NCBI GenBank assembly: GCA_945860065.1
Contig: CAMAPI010000004.1
Span: 2,591 to 66,590, forward strand
Length of the DNA: 64,000 bases
DNA from: Chryseobacterium gleum
GTDB taxonomy: Bacteria; Bacteroidota; Bacteroidia; Flavobacteriales_D; Crocinitomicaceae
Reading direction: 5' to 3'
The translations under genes and the position numbers were made by a program. The notes under the pieces are model-generated. The model was given only the letters and a program-made list of their open reading frames with translations, did not search any database and was not told the DNA's origin. This document shows positions 55,654 to 64,000 of this stretch, piece by piece (the first letter of the stretch is position 1; each line of letters begins with the position of its first letter).

Positions 55654-57071
55654 TGGCAGAGAACACGAGACTAACAACAGAAGAGAAAGCGTTAAAAATC
55701 AACTTAACACCGGACATCTATGGTTGTTTTGCGGAGATTGGTGCTGGTCAAGAAGTCGCTGCCAACTTTTTCAAAGCAGGTGGAAGCTCGGGTACCATCG
55801 CCTTCACGCAGTCAGCCTATGACATGAAAGTGTCAGACTCCATGTACGGAGAAACCATTCGTTATGTATGTGAAGAGCGTTTAACAACCATGTTGGAAAC
55901 AGAGTTTTTACACCTTCAAGACATTTTACCTGTCAAAAATAAAGAGTCCCGGTTCTTTGCTTTTTGTAATACGGTAGAATCACTGAATTACCATAAAACA
56001 AATCAAGGTCAAGGTTGGGTAGGTATGCGCTTTCAGTTGGGAATTGATAAAAAACCTAACAATGTTGTGTTGCACATCAAAATGCACGACAATAGTCACA
56101 AAGCACAGCAAGAGGCCTTAGGGATTCTCGGTGTTAATTTAATCTATGCTTGTTATTTTCAGTCGACAGACATCGATGAATTCATCAATGGAATTGTTCA
56201 CCGTCTACCAAGAGACCGAATGGAAATCGACATGTTACGCATTTCGGGACCAGACTTTGAAGAAATGGACAACCGCATTATTGCGTTAAATTTAGTTCGA
56301 CGAGGAATCACCAATGCAACGATGTTCGACTTGGCGAAAAATGTCATGCAGCCATCTACCGCATTGTATAAAAAGAACATATTATTGATGCGTGGACGTT
56401 TTCGTCCAGTGACGAAAGTGCACATCGATATGATTGAAAATGCACGAAAAGAGTTTTTGAAGGAAAACCGGGTGAAGGAAGAGGATTTGGAAGTAGTATT
56501 TGAGTTGACCTTAAAAGATTTAACGGCAGATGGAAAAATCTCTGACAAGGATTTCCTAGATCGATCAGAACTTCTTGGCTCACTAGGCTATACGGTAATG
56601 ATTTCAAATTATTTGAAACATTACAAAATGTTGGAGTACTTATCGGCTATTGCGAAAGGAAACCTCGTTGGTGTCATTATGGGTGTGTATAATCTGCATG
56701 TTATTTTCGATGAGAAATATTACGACAACTTGCCCGGCGGTTTGTTAGAAGCATTCGGAAGAGGATTTGGCCATAATGTGAAACTCTATGTTTATCCCGC
56801 AATCAATGTCGAAACTGGTGATCTTTATGGATTGAATAACATCAAGTTACCAGAAAATTTAATCGGACTTCTCGCCTACATGCAAGCAAATGATAAAATT
56901 GCTGCCATTCCAAAATACAACGAACGTCTTTTACACATTCTATCGGATGATGTATTGAGTAAAATCAAATCTGGAGTAGTAAGTTGGGAAGATGACGTAC
57001 CTTATGAGGTAGTGCAAGCCATTAAGTTTTTTGAATTATTCGGCTACCAGAAAAAAGCAATTCTGAACTAA
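55653..57071 (+). CDS. Conserved hypothetical protein (472 aa), possibly with a degenerate HIGH-type nucleotidyltransferase-like C-terminal half
   Basis: There is no signal peptide or TM segment. The N-terminal block is FAEIGAGQEVAANFFKAGGSSGTIAF. Mid-protein LLMRGRFRPVTKVHIDMI weakly echoes GGxFxPxHxGH, and the C-terminal HILSDDVLSKIKSG weakly echoes ISSTxIR. Both stop/start junctions overlap the neighbours. Confidence 0.5.
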   Translation: MAENTRLTTEEKALKINLTPDIYGCFAEIGAGQEVAANFFKAGGSSGTIAFTQSAYDMKVSDSMYGETIRYVCEERLTTMLETEFLHLQDILPVKNKESRFFAFCNTVESLNYHKTNQGQGWVGMRFQLGIDKKPNNVVLHIKMHDNSHKAQQEALGILGVNLIYACYFQSTDIDEFINGIVHRLPRDRMEIDMLRISGPDFEEMDNRIIALNLVRRGITNATMFDLAKNVMQPSTALYKKNILLMRGRFRPVTKVHIDMIENARKEFLKENRVKEEDLEVVFELTLKDLTADGKISDKDFLDRSELLGSLGYTVMISNYLKHYKMLEYLSAIAKGNLVGVIMGVYNLHVIFDEKYYDNLPGGLLEAFGRGFGHNVKLYVYPAINVETGDLYGLNNIKLPENLIGLLAYMQANDKIAAIPKYNERLLHILSDDVLSKIKSGVVSWEDDVPYEVVQAIKFFELFGYQKKAILN

Positions 57072-58087
57072 TGCCTCACATCAAAAATGCCTTGATTCGT
57101 TTTCGCATCATCGATCGGATGCTCCGTAACAAATACAAGCCATTTCCAAGTAAACAAGACCTTCGCGCGGCATGTGAAGAATCTCTTTATGGCTCAGATG
57201 ATGGAAATAACATCTGTGATTCAACCATAGAAAAGGACATGTTTAACATGAAAATGGAACATGATGCTCCGATAAAATACAGCAAACTTCACAAAGGATA
57301 TTTTTATGAGGACCCTATCTTTAGTATAAACGATATTCCCTTGTCCGAAGACGAATTGAGTTCGATTAGGTTCGCCGTTAAAACCTTGCAACAATTCAAG
57401 GAAGTTCCCTTTTTTCAACAGTTTGGAAATGCCATTGATAAAATTGTTGACCGTGTTTCGATTGGCGGAAATCCCGAGGATGAGGACATCCAGAAATATG
57501 TCCAGTTTGAATCGGTGGTCTCCAGTGGTGGAAATGAGTTTCTTCCGATCATTTTGGAAGCGATTCGAGGAAAAAAAATGCTTTGGTTTATCTATGCGAG
57601 TTTTGTCAAAGGAGTAGAGAAACCAAGAAAAGTATCTCCACTTTTTCTGAAAGAGTATCGAAATCGCTGGTACCTCATCTGTTTTGACAAATTGAAAAAT
57701 GACATTGTTACGTATGCTTTGGACCGCATGCAAGAACCAAAAATTCTGGAGGACGAGTCTAGTTTGCCTGTCGATTTTCAAGCAGCGTTGTATTTCCAAG
57801 ACACCATAGGTATTACCTCCTACAAAGGAAAAGCCGAGCGTATTGTCATCAAAGCAAATAAGATCGCTGCGAAGTATATTGCCTCACAACCCTTTCATCA
57901 ATCGCAAAAACTTACGAGTGAATCGGCAGATTTTTGTATGTTTGAATTAAACGTATTAGTTTCCGAAGAATTCATCCGAAATTTGCTCGGATATGCAGGA
58001 GAGTTAGAAATACTAGAACCCAAAAGTTTGCGTAAATCTATGGCTGAACGAGCGAAACAGCTAAATAAATTATATAAATCAAAATAA
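57071..58087 (+). CDS. WYL-domain transcriptional regulator (N-terminal wHTH, central WYL, C-terminal WCX-like)
   Basis: 338 aa. Has the N-terminal block ALIRFRIIDRMLRN (HTH_11/YafY-like) and the WYL core KEYRNRWYLICFD. The start overlaps the upstream stop (TAATG). Confidence 0.8.
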   Translation: MPHIKNALIRFRIIDRMLRNKYKPFPSKQDLRAACEESLYGSDDGNNICDSTIEKDMFNMKMEHDAPIKYSKLHKGYFYEDPIFSINDIPLSEDELSSIRFAVKTLQQFKEVPFFQQFGNAIDKIVDRVSIGGNPEDEDIQKYVQFESVVSSGGNEFLPIILEAIRGKKMLWFIYASFVKGVEKPRKVSPLFLKEYRNRWYLICFDKLKNDIVTYALDRMQEPKILEDESSLPVDFQAALYFQDTIGITSYKGKAERIVIKANKIAAKYIASQPFHQSQKLTSESADFCMFELNVLVSEEFIRNLLGYAGELEILEPKSLRKSMAERAKQLNKLYKSK

Positions 58088-58114
58088 GTAATTAACGATA
58101 AAGGTGAAAGCATT

Positions 58115-58888
58115 ATGGAAATTGTAAAAGAACTCATTAATGGCGTTTGTCGAATTACCTTAAATCGACCAACGGTCTTCAATTCATTCAATAAAACCAT
58201 GGCTTTACAACTCCAAGATGTCTTGGATGATTGTGCCGTCAATTCAGAAATTCGATCGGTTCTGATTACCGGTGAAGGAAAAGCATTTTGTGCCGGACAA
58301 GACTTAGCTGAGGCTATTGACCCTGAAGGACCTGAATTGAAATCCATCGTTCGAGATCACTACAATCCGATTATCATCAAAATCAGAGAATTGGAAAAAC
58401 CAGTAATCGCCGCTGTTAATGGCGTCGCTGCAGGAGCTGGAGCAAATATTGCGTTGGCGTGTGACATTGTTGTCGCAAAAAAGACCGCGTCCTTCATACA
58501 AGCATTTTCCAAAATCGGTCTAATTCCAGATTCTGGCGGAACGTATTTTTTACCCCGATTGATTGGCATGCAAAAGGCAATGGCACTAATGATGACGGGT
58601 GACAAAGTATCAGCAGATGATGCAGAACGCATGAATATGATTTATAAAGTTTTCGAAGATGAGTCCTTTGAAGAAGAAGCGATGAAACTTGCTGAAAACC
58701 TCGCTTCCATGCCTACACGTGGACTTGGCTTAACGAAAAAAGCAGTGAATTTAGGCTTATTTAATTCGCTGGAAGATCAATTAGATGTGGAGGAAAATTT
58801 ACAAACAGAAGCTGGTGAAACGGATGATTTCATGGAAGGTGTGAACGCATTTATTCAAAAACGTCCAGCAGTATTTAAAGGAAGATGA
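58115..58888 (+). CDS. Enoyl-CoA hydratase/isomerase family protein (PaaG-like)
   Basis: 257 aa. Has the crotonase signatures ITGEGKAFCAGQDL and AAVNGVAAGAGANIALACD. Confidence 0.88.
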   Translation: MEIVKELINGVCRITLNRPTVFNSFNKTMALQLQDVLDDCAVNSEIRSVLITGEGKAFCAGQDLAEAIDPEGPELKSIVRDHYNPIIIKIRELEKPVIAAVNGVAAGAGANIALACDIVVAKKTASFIQAFSKIGLIPDSGGTYFLPRLIGMQKAMALMMTGDKVSADDAERMNMIYKVFEDESFEEEAMKLAENLASMPTRGLGLTKKAVNLGLFNSLEDQLDVEENLQTEAGETDDFMEGVNAFIQKRPAVFKGR

Positions 58889-60048
58889 GTAAAATAATTG
58901 GAGTAATAGGAGCTGGAACAATGGGTTCTGGGATTGCACAAGTGGCAGCGCAATGTGGACATTCCGTTTTTTTAATGGATGCCCATATTGAACAATTGGA
59001 TCGCGCGAAAACTGGAGTTTCCAAATCTCTGGATAAATTGGTAGAAAAAGGGAAATTCACCTCTGAACAAAAAGAGCGTATTGAGGCTAATATGAACTAC
59101 GTACATCAACTAGAAGCACTTTCCAATTGCGATTTGATTATCGAAGCAATTGTAGAGAAAATGGAAGTCAAACATTCGGTGTTTTCTTCTTTGGAAAAAA
59201 TCGTTTCAGCAGATTGTATATTAGCGAGCAACACCTCTTCCCTATCCATTGCATCTATCGGATCCTCCTTAAAAAAAGCAGACCGTGTGATTGGTATTCA
59301 CTTTTTCAATCCGGCAACGATTATGCCATTGGTGGAGATTATTCCTGCCGTTCAAACGAGTAACGAGACGACCACGCAAGTGGTGGAATTAATTAAAAGT
59401 TGGGGGAAAACCGTTGTTTTATGTAAAGACACACCCGGATTCATTGTTAACCGTGTTGCGCGTCCGTTTTACGGAGAAGCATTGCGCATTTACGAAGAAG
59501 GACTCGCAGATTTCGCGACCATCGATTGGGCGATGACACATTTTGGTGGATTTAAAATGGGTCCATTTACGCTCATGGATTACATTGGAAACGACGTGAA
59601 TTACGCAGTGACTGAATCGGTATTCCAAGCATTTTATTACGACCCACGATTTAAACCATCTTTTACACAAAAGCGACATAGCGAAGCGGGATATTACGGA
59701 CGAAAATCAGGTCGTGGATTCTTCGATTATAGTGAAAATGCCGCAATCCTTAGTCCAAACATGGATGAAACTCGTGGAAAAGAAATCTTTGAACGCGTTC
59801 TCGTAATGTTGATTAATGAAGCCATCGACGCTGTGTTCATGCAAGTTGCATCGGTTGAGGACATCGACTTAGCGATGACAAAAGGCGTGAATTATCCCAA
59901 AGGATTGTTAGCGTGGGCAGATGAACTAGGACTAGACTGGGTTTTAGATAAATCCAACGCGCTTTTCGATGAATATGGAGAAGATCGCTATCGTCCAAAT
60001 GCTTTATTGAAACGCATGGTAAAATCGGGAAGTAAATTTTATTTATAG
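58885..60048 (+). CDS. 3-hydroxyacyl-CoA dehydrogenase (PaaH/Hbd-like, extended C-terminus)
   Basis: 387 aa. Has the Rossmann motif VIGAGTMGSGIAQV, plus NTSSLSI, GIHFFNP and a duplicated 3HCDH C-domain. It overlaps the upstream gene at ATGA. Confidence 0.9.
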   Translation: MSKIIGVIGAGTMGSGIAQVAAQCGHSVFLMDAHIEQLDRAKTGVSKSLDKLVEKGKFTSEQKERIEANMNYVHQLEALSNCDLIIEAIVEKMEVKHSVFSSLEKIVSADCILASNTSSLSIASIGSSLKKADRVIGIHFFNPATIMPLVEIIPAVQTSNETTTQVVELIKSWGKTVVLCKDTPGFIVNRVARPFYGEALRIYEEGLADFATIDWAMTHFGGFKMGPFTLMDYIGNDVNYAVTESVFQAFYYDPRFKPSFTQKRHSEAGYYGRKSGRGFFDYSENAAILSPNMDETRGKEIFERVLVMLINEAIDAVFMQVASVEDIDLAMTKGVNYPKGLLAWADELGLDWVLDKSNALFDEYGEDRYRPNALLKRMVKSGSKFYL

Positions 60049-60086
60049 TCAGACGATAAACACTATAAATTACCACTGAATAATGT

Positions 60087-60094
60087 TATTTTTG
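60087..60094 (+). promoter_or_regulatory. Candidate -7 promoter box (TATTTTTG) for metK
   Basis: Matches TAnnTTTG, 19 nt upstream of the metK ATG, in a 64-nt intergenic region. Confidence 0.4.
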
Positions 60095-60112
60095 CATTCT
60101 AATTTATATTAA

Positions 60113-61369
60113 ATGGCTTATTTATTTACATCAGAATCCGTTTCTGAAGGACACCCAGATAAAGTTTCAGATCAAATTTCGGATGCCTTAATTGATCATT
60201 TCATGGCATTTGATCCAAGCTCTAAAGTAGCTTGTGAAACACTTGTTACAACTGGACAAGTAGTCTTAGCTGGTGAAGTGAAATCAACTTCCTACCTAGA
60301 TGTACAAGCAATTACACGCGAAACGATTCGTAAAATTGGGTACACGAAATCAGAATACATGTTTGACGCAAATTCTTGTGGGATTTTCTCTGCATTGCAC
60401 GAACAGTCTTCGGATATCAACCAAGGAGTTGAACGTTCAAATCCAGAAGACCAAGGTGCGGGTGACCAAGGAATGATGTTTGGTTACGCAACGATTGAAA
60501 CAGACAATTACATGCCGATGGCATTGGATCTTGCACATAAGATTTTACAAGAGTTATCATACATTCGCAACAATGAATTATCCTTGATTCCTTATTTGCG
60601 TCCAGATGCAAAATCGCAAGTAACGATTGAGTACTCTGATGACAATGTTCCTCAACGTATTGATACCATCGTTGTTTCTACACAGCATGATGATTTTGAT
60701 TCAGAAGCGACGATGTTGGCGAAAATCAAAAAAGATATCATCGAAATCGTTATTCCACGTGTGAAAGCGAAATTGAAACCAGCATTACAAGCATTGTTTA
60801 ACGACGCGATTACGTACCACATTAATCCAACTGGAAAATTTGTAATCGGTGGTCCACACGGAGATACAGGATTAACAGGACGTAAAATCATCGTAGATAC
60901 ATACGGTGGGAAAGGTGCACACGGTGGTGGTGCATTTTCTGGAAAAGATCCATCGAAAGTTGACCGTTCTGCTGCGTATGCAACGCGTCACATTGCGAAA
61001 AACGTAGTAGCTGCTGGACTTTGTGATGAGATTTTAGTACAAGTTTCGTATGCGATTGGAGTGGCTGAACCTTGTGGAATGTATGTAAACACATACGGTA
61101 CATCTAAAGTAAACATGACAGATGGAGAAATTGCTGATAAAATCAGCGAGATTTTCGACATGCGCCCATACTTCATCGAGCAACGTTTGAAATTGAGAAA
61201 TCCAATTTATCAGGAAACAGCTGCTTACGGACACATGGGACGTAAAAACGAAATCGTTACGAAATCGTTTAAAGCACCAGACGGGTCTACAATCACTCGA
61301 GAAGTCGAATTGTTTACTTGGGAGAAATTAGATTACCTAGATAAAGTGAAAGCCGCATTTGGCTTGTAA
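60113..61369 (+). CDS. metK: S-adenosylmethionine synthase
   Basis: 418 aa. Has the motifs [15 protein letters not shown] and [19 protein letters not shown]. Confidence 0.97.
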   Translation: MAYLFTSESVSEGHPDKVSDQISDALIDHFMAFDPSSKVACETLVTTGQVVLAGEVKSTSYLDVQAITRETIRKIGYTKSEYMFDANSCGIFSALHEQSSDINQGVERSNPEDQGAGDQGMMFGYATIETDNYMPMALDLAHKILQELSYIRNNELSLIPYLRPDAKSQVTIEYSDDNVPQRIDTIVVSTQHDDFDSEATMLAKIKKDIIEIVIPRVKAKLKPALQALFNDAITYHINPTGKFVIGGPHGDTGLTGRKIIVDTYGGKGAHGGGAFSGKDPSKVDRSAAYATRHIAKNVVAAGLCDEILVQVSYAIGVAEPCGMYVNTYGTSKVNMTDGEIADKISEIFDMRPYFIEQRLKLRNPIYQETAAYGHMGRKNEIVTKSFKAPDGSTITREVELFTWEKLDYLDKVKAAFGL

Positions 61370-61378
61370 AATAGTAAG

Positions 61379-61408
61379 ATCCCGGTTCATTGAATCGGGA
61401 TTTTTTTT
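61379..61408 (+). terminator. Intrinsic terminator after metK
   Basis: ATCCCGGTTC-ATT-GAATCGGGAT forms a stem of about 10 bp including one G-U pair. It is followed by T8, 10 nt after the metK stop. Confidence 0.85.
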
Positions 61409-61420
61409 CGATTAAAAACA

Positions 61421-62515
61421 ATGAACATGTCAACTTTCAGAACCATTTGGACTACAGAAGACCGCTATGTTGAGGTCATCGATCAACGTGTCTTACCACA
61501 TGAATTGGTTAACGTCAAATTAATGAATTACCGAGATGCAGATTTAGCTATTCGCAGTATGACCGTTCGTGGTGCGCCACTCATCGGAGCGACGGCCGCT
61601 TACGGAATTTACCTGGCTGTTCGCGAATTAATTGAAGAACAACGCGATGGTGCATTTTTAGATGAAGCCTTCGAAGTCTTGCGCGCTTCGCGTCCAACAG
61701 CTGTGAATCTTTTCTGGGCCTTGGACCGCATGCGTGCGGCCTTAGACGAAGCAGATGATTTCCTGCAGACGGCTTGGGAAGAAGCAAGGAGAATTGTGGA
61801 CGAAGACATTGAAACGTGTCGCATGATTGGTGTACACGGACTTCCCATCATCGAAGAACTTTCGAAAGCGAAAAACGGGGATACCGTAAACATATTGACA
61901 CATTGTAACGCTGGAATGCTTGGATGCATCGAATGGGGAACGATTACCTCACCCATTTATCAAGCGAAAGCAAAAGGAATTAAGGTTCATGTTTGGGTGG
62001 ACGAAACACGTCCGCGTAACCAAGGTTCCAACTTAACCGCCTATGAATTAACGCGTCATGGAATTGATCACACATTAATCGTCGACAATACAGGTGGACA
62101 CCTCATGCAACACGGAATGGTCGATATGGTCATTGTTGGCACGGATCGCACCACCAGAAATGGCGATGTTGCCAATAAAATAGGAACCTATTTAAAAGCC
62201 TTGGCGGCGAACGACAATCACATTCCATTTTACGTAGCTTTACCCTCAACGACTTTGGACATGACTATCCGTGACGGATTGACGGAGATTCCTATTGAGG
62301 AACGCGACCAAAACGAAGTGAAATACATCCAAGGAAAACGCAGTGATGGTCAAATTGACCGTGTTTTGATTTGTCCAGAAACTACGAATGCAGCGAATTA
62401 CGGATTTGACGTAACACCTGCTCGTTTGGTAACAGCGCTTATCACAGAACGCGGTATTTGTCCAGCGAACGAAGCGGGAATCATTTCCTTGTTTCCAGAA
62501 TTTACTGAATCATGA
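61421..62515 (+). CDS. mtnA: S-methyl-5-thioribose-1-phosphate isomerase
   Basis: 364 aa of the eIF-2B alpha/beta/delta-like family. Has the blocks MTVRGAPLIGATAAYG and VGTDRTTRNGDVANKIGTY. Confidence 0.88.
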   Translation: MNMSTFRTIWTTEDRYVEVIDQRVLPHELVNVKLMNYRDADLAIRSMTVRGAPLIGATAAYGIYLAVRELIEEQRDGAFLDEAFEVLRASRPTAVNLFWALDRMRAALDEADDFLQTAWEEARRIVDEDIETCRMIGVHGLPIIEELSKAKNGDTVNILTHCNAGMLGCIEWGTITSPIYQAKAKGIKVHVWVDETRPRNQGSNLTAYELTRHGIDHTLIVDNTGGHLMQHGMVDMVIVGTDRTTRNGDVANKIGTYLKALAANDNHIPFYVALPSTTLDMTIRDGLTEIPIEERDQNEVKYIQGKRSDGQIDRVLICPETTNAANYGFDVTPARLVTALITERGICPANEAGIISLFPEFTES

Positions 62516-63882
62516 AAAAAATACTTTTCTTCCTTTTCGTATGCGCGAGTTCTGCTCAGGCCCAACTTGACGGACTTTGGCATAGTTCCTTCCAAGTAGC
62601 TGGGAAATCGTTGTTAATGGACCTTGACATCAGGGGAATTGGACGAGATGGATCCGTTTCGGTGATCCTTCCCGATCAACCACAGATCAAACCTCAGGAG
62701 ATGGCTGTGTATTCTCTGTTCATCGATAGTTTGTATTTCCGCTGGGACCGAATTGGACTCAGTTTTTCCGGTAAGTTAAAAAACGATAGTCTGAAAGGAA
62801 TCATGAAACAAAGTGGACTTGAATGGCCTGTTATATTTACAAAAGCGGAACAAGAACGCATTGAAGTTTCCGGTCGTCCACAAGATCCCGTAGGTCCATT
62901 TTCCTACGAGGAAAAGGAGCTTGAAATCAAAAATAAACACATCAAAATAGCCGGGACACTCACTTTGCCGAAGGAGACTAATTTCCCAATACTTATCTTA
63001 GTATCTGGTTCGGGTCAACAGGATCGAGACTGCGAACTGCTAGGACACCAACCGTTTTGGGTCCTGGCTGATTATTTAAGTAAAAATGGAATAGCTGTTT
63101 TTCGCTATGACGACCGTGGTATCGGGAAAAGTACAGGAGAGTTTGGTTCGTCAACGGAAACTGACTTCACCAGTGATGTATTATCCATTTTCACTTACCT
63201 AAAGAAAAAATATCCCGGACATCCAATTGGTATTTATGGTCACTCTGAAGGTGGGATTATTGGCCTAAGAGCAGCAGCAAAACAAAAAGAGATCAAGTTT
63301 TTAATTGAATCCGCATCGGTTGGTACGAATGGGAAAGATGTGTTGGTTCATCAACAATACGACATTCCAATCGCAGCAGGAATGAGCGAAGAAGAAGCAA
63401 AATGGAATGCTCGTTTATTCGAGGAGGCCTCCAACATTGCATTAAAAACGGAAACGGTTTCCTTTCTAAAGGACTATGAAATCTGGTTGTCCACGGTATG
63501 GGAGAAACTACCATCCTCCTTCAAAGAAGATAAAACGATGAATGACATGGCTACAGAAATGAGCGTCTTCATCAACAGTGACTGGGCAAAAGAATTTCTT
63601 AGTTATCAAGCTACAGATTATTTAAAAAATGTGGAACTACCAATACTCGTCATTAACGGTAAAAAAGACATTCAAGTTCGTTGGGAAGAAAGTCAAACTG
63701 GATTTAAGAAATCCATGAATCCAAATACCTTAACACGTTCAACATTTAAGTCGTATGACGACTTGAATCACCTTTTACAACCCTGTATAAAATGTAATAT
63801 CTCGGAATACGCAACGATTGAAACCAGTATGAGTCCAATCGTCATGTCAGATATATTATCTTGGATAAAATCATTGAAATAA
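62512..63882 (+). CDS. Alpha/beta hydrolase with N-terminal extra domain (secreted)
   Basis: 456 aa with a signal peptide. Has the nucleophile elbow GHSEGG and a late Asp/His region (DDLNHLL). Its start overlaps the mtnA stop (ATGA). Confidence 0.75.
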   Translation: MKKILFFLFVCASSAQAQLDGLWHSSFQVAGKSLLMDLDIRGIGRDGSVSVILPDQPQIKPQEMAVYSLFIDSLYFRWDRIGLSFSGKLKNDSLKGIMKQSGLEWPVIFTKAEQERIEVSGRPQDPVGPFSYEEKELEIKNKHIKIAGTLTLPKETNFPILILVSGSGQQDRDCELLGHQPFWVLADYLSKNGIAVFRYDDRGIGKSTGEFGSSTETDFTSDVLSIFTYLKKKYPGHPIGIYGHSEGGIIGLRAAAKQKEIKFLIESASVGTNGKDVLVHQQYDIPIAAGMSEEEAKWNARLFEEASNIALKTETVSFLKDYEIWLSTVWEKLPSSFKEDKTMNDMATEMSVFINSDWAKEFLSYQATDYLKNVELPILVINGKKDIQVRWEESQTGFKKSMNPNTLTRSTFKSYDDLNHLLQPCIKCNISEYATIETSMSPIVMSDILSWIKSLK

Positions 63883-64000
63883 TGGGGAAATCAGTGGTGA
63901 TTATAGGGGCTACAGGCCTAACGGGGAACGCGTTGCTACAGGAATTACTATGCTCAGCAGAGGTGACAGAAATCCGCATTTTTGTTCGAAAAACAATAGC
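63882..64000 (+). CDS. NAD(P)-binding (NmrA/SDR-like) protein, 5' fragment truncated by the window edge
   Basis: My own translation from the ATG overlapping the previous stop (TAATG) gives MGKSVVIIGATGLTGNALLQELL... The GATGxxG block is a Rossmann motif. Only about 39 codons are visible. Confidence 0.55.
   Translation, partial: MGKSVVIIGATGLTGNALLQELLCSAEVTEIRIFVRKTI

Noticed and set aside
57221-57799. 192-aa ORF antisense to the WYL regulator gene
   Set aside because: It lies entirely within a well-supported plus-strand gene. The product is low-complexity and Phe/Lys/Asn-rich, typical of the antisense frame of AT-rich coding DNA. It has no motif, promoter or independent support.
57898-58347. 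149-aa minus-strand ORF spanning the WYL gene 3' end and the enoyl-CoA hydratase 5' end
   Set aside because: It overlaps two motif-supported plus-strand genes and has no recognisable domain. It is most likely a chance antisense ORF.
60049-60112. Looked for a SAM riboswitch upstream of metK
   Set aside because: Only 64 nt are available, the region is AT-rich, and no conserved SAM-aptamer blocks or stable helices are present.
1-64000. Searched for mobile-element hallmarks (transposase, integrase, tRNA-flanked island, long inverted or direct repeats) and for rRNA/tRNA genes
   Set aside because: None were seen. All ORFs of 100 aa or more are accounted for by chromosomal-type genes or antisense shadows. 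The largest intergenic gaps (204, 134 and 92 nt) contain promoters or the riboswitch rather than RNA genes. Composition looks uniform by eye.

Overview
This is a densely coded, moderately AT-rich chromosomal segment that looks like Bacteroidota, probably Flavobacteriia-like. The lineage call rests on a GldH gliding lipoprotein, a T9SS type-B C-terminal sorting domain, a CarbopepD-type TonB-dependent receptor, DUF1573, a Bacteroidetes-type LptD, and recurrent TAnnTTTG -7 promoter boxes. I support about 58 protein genes, most of them housekeeping: valS, pyrE, birA, rsfS, ftsH, cdsA, psd, fmt, asd, radA, rsmI, holB, metK and mtnA. I found no rRNA, tRNA, CRISPR array, transposase, integrase or prophage signature, so this does not look like a classical mobile island. 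The clearest non-coding element is a TPP (THI-box) riboswitch on the minus strand at about 24785-24862. It drives a TonB-dependent receptor plus an unusual TonB_C/beta-barrel fusion gene. The best candidates for undescribed biology are these. (1) A stop/start-overlapping same-strand array at 53837-60048: MbnP/MbnH-like pair, a 472-aa unknown protein, a WYL regulator, then an enoyl-CoA hydratase and a 3-hydroxyacyl-CoA dehydrogenase; the 472-aa/WYL pair at 55653-58087 is the least explained. (2) A stand-alone CTP-synthase-type glutamine amidotransferase domain (49941-50639) with all three catalytic residues replaced, overlapping convergently with an orphan AddA-like helicase-nuclease. (3) A deoC/ALDH/ALDH-like cluster in which the last ALDH lacks its catalytic domain and is separated from the intact ALDH by a spacer made almost entirely of seven tandem 8-nt units. 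(4) An overlapping-gene operon at 28553-32497: small OM beta-barrel, LETM1-like protein, unknown protein, orphan ABC ATPase, YihY. (5) A split membrane HdrD/DsrMK-like Fe-S pair. All functional calls come from motif recognition by eye on the supplied translations. No database search was run.
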